A DNA stretch of 64,000 nucleotides from Paraspadella gotoi (lineage: Eukaryota > Animalia > Chaetognatha): contig CM119266.1 of the NCBI GenBank assembly GCA_051294375.1, positions 17,602,087 through 17,666,086 of the forward strand, in the 5' to 3' direction. This document shows, piece after piece, positions 63,953 through 64,000 of this stretch. The first letter of the stretch is position 1. Each line of letters starts with the position of its first letter. Below the pieces are notes generated by a model. It worked only from the letters and a program-made list of their open reading frames with translations. It had not been told where the DNA came from and ran no database searches. The position numbers were made by a program, and so were the translations under genes.

Positions 63953-64000
63953 AAAACCCCCCAAAAAAACAAAACAAAAGATATCTAAGGATAAAAAGGA

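Noticed and set aside
63555-63977. Cys/His-rich minus-strand ORF (CHCFCLCL) resembling a metallothionein
   Set aside because: Antisense of the RD-repeat exon; splice signals are on the + strand

Overview
AT-rich, intron-containing eukaryotic DNA, most likely from an invertebrate animal. It is saturated with (AG)n, (GAC)n/(AAC)n and polypurine tracts, and most ORFs in the supplied track are microsatellite noise. Positions 1-30 kb are a gene-poor region. It holds two near-identical tandem duplications next to 25-N gaps, probably overfilled-gap or haplotype artefacts. By manual splice-site reading, four genes can be built in 31-64 kb, all secretory-pathway or cell-surface: (1) a Ser/Ala-rich type I membrane mucin (+, 31273-33494); (2) a secreted protein with three PAN/apple-like domains (-, 36444-34706); (3) a fukutin/LicD-family phosphotransferase (-, 42230-39932); (4) a type I membrane mucin with three SEA-like domains and an Arg/Asp-rich tail (+, 57912-63952). 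A 10 kb palindrome (51803-62078) contains an inverted, error-laden copy of gene 4 and is probably a fold-back artefact. Mobile DNA includes a non-autonomous hAT element, a Helentron-type HINE, MITEs, and Tc1 and non-LTR remnants. It also includes a CCA-bearing retroposed tRNA-Leu copy and a 161-bp TSD-flanked element with a minimal hammerhead ribozyme fold. All gene models are read by eye, with no RNA or database support.
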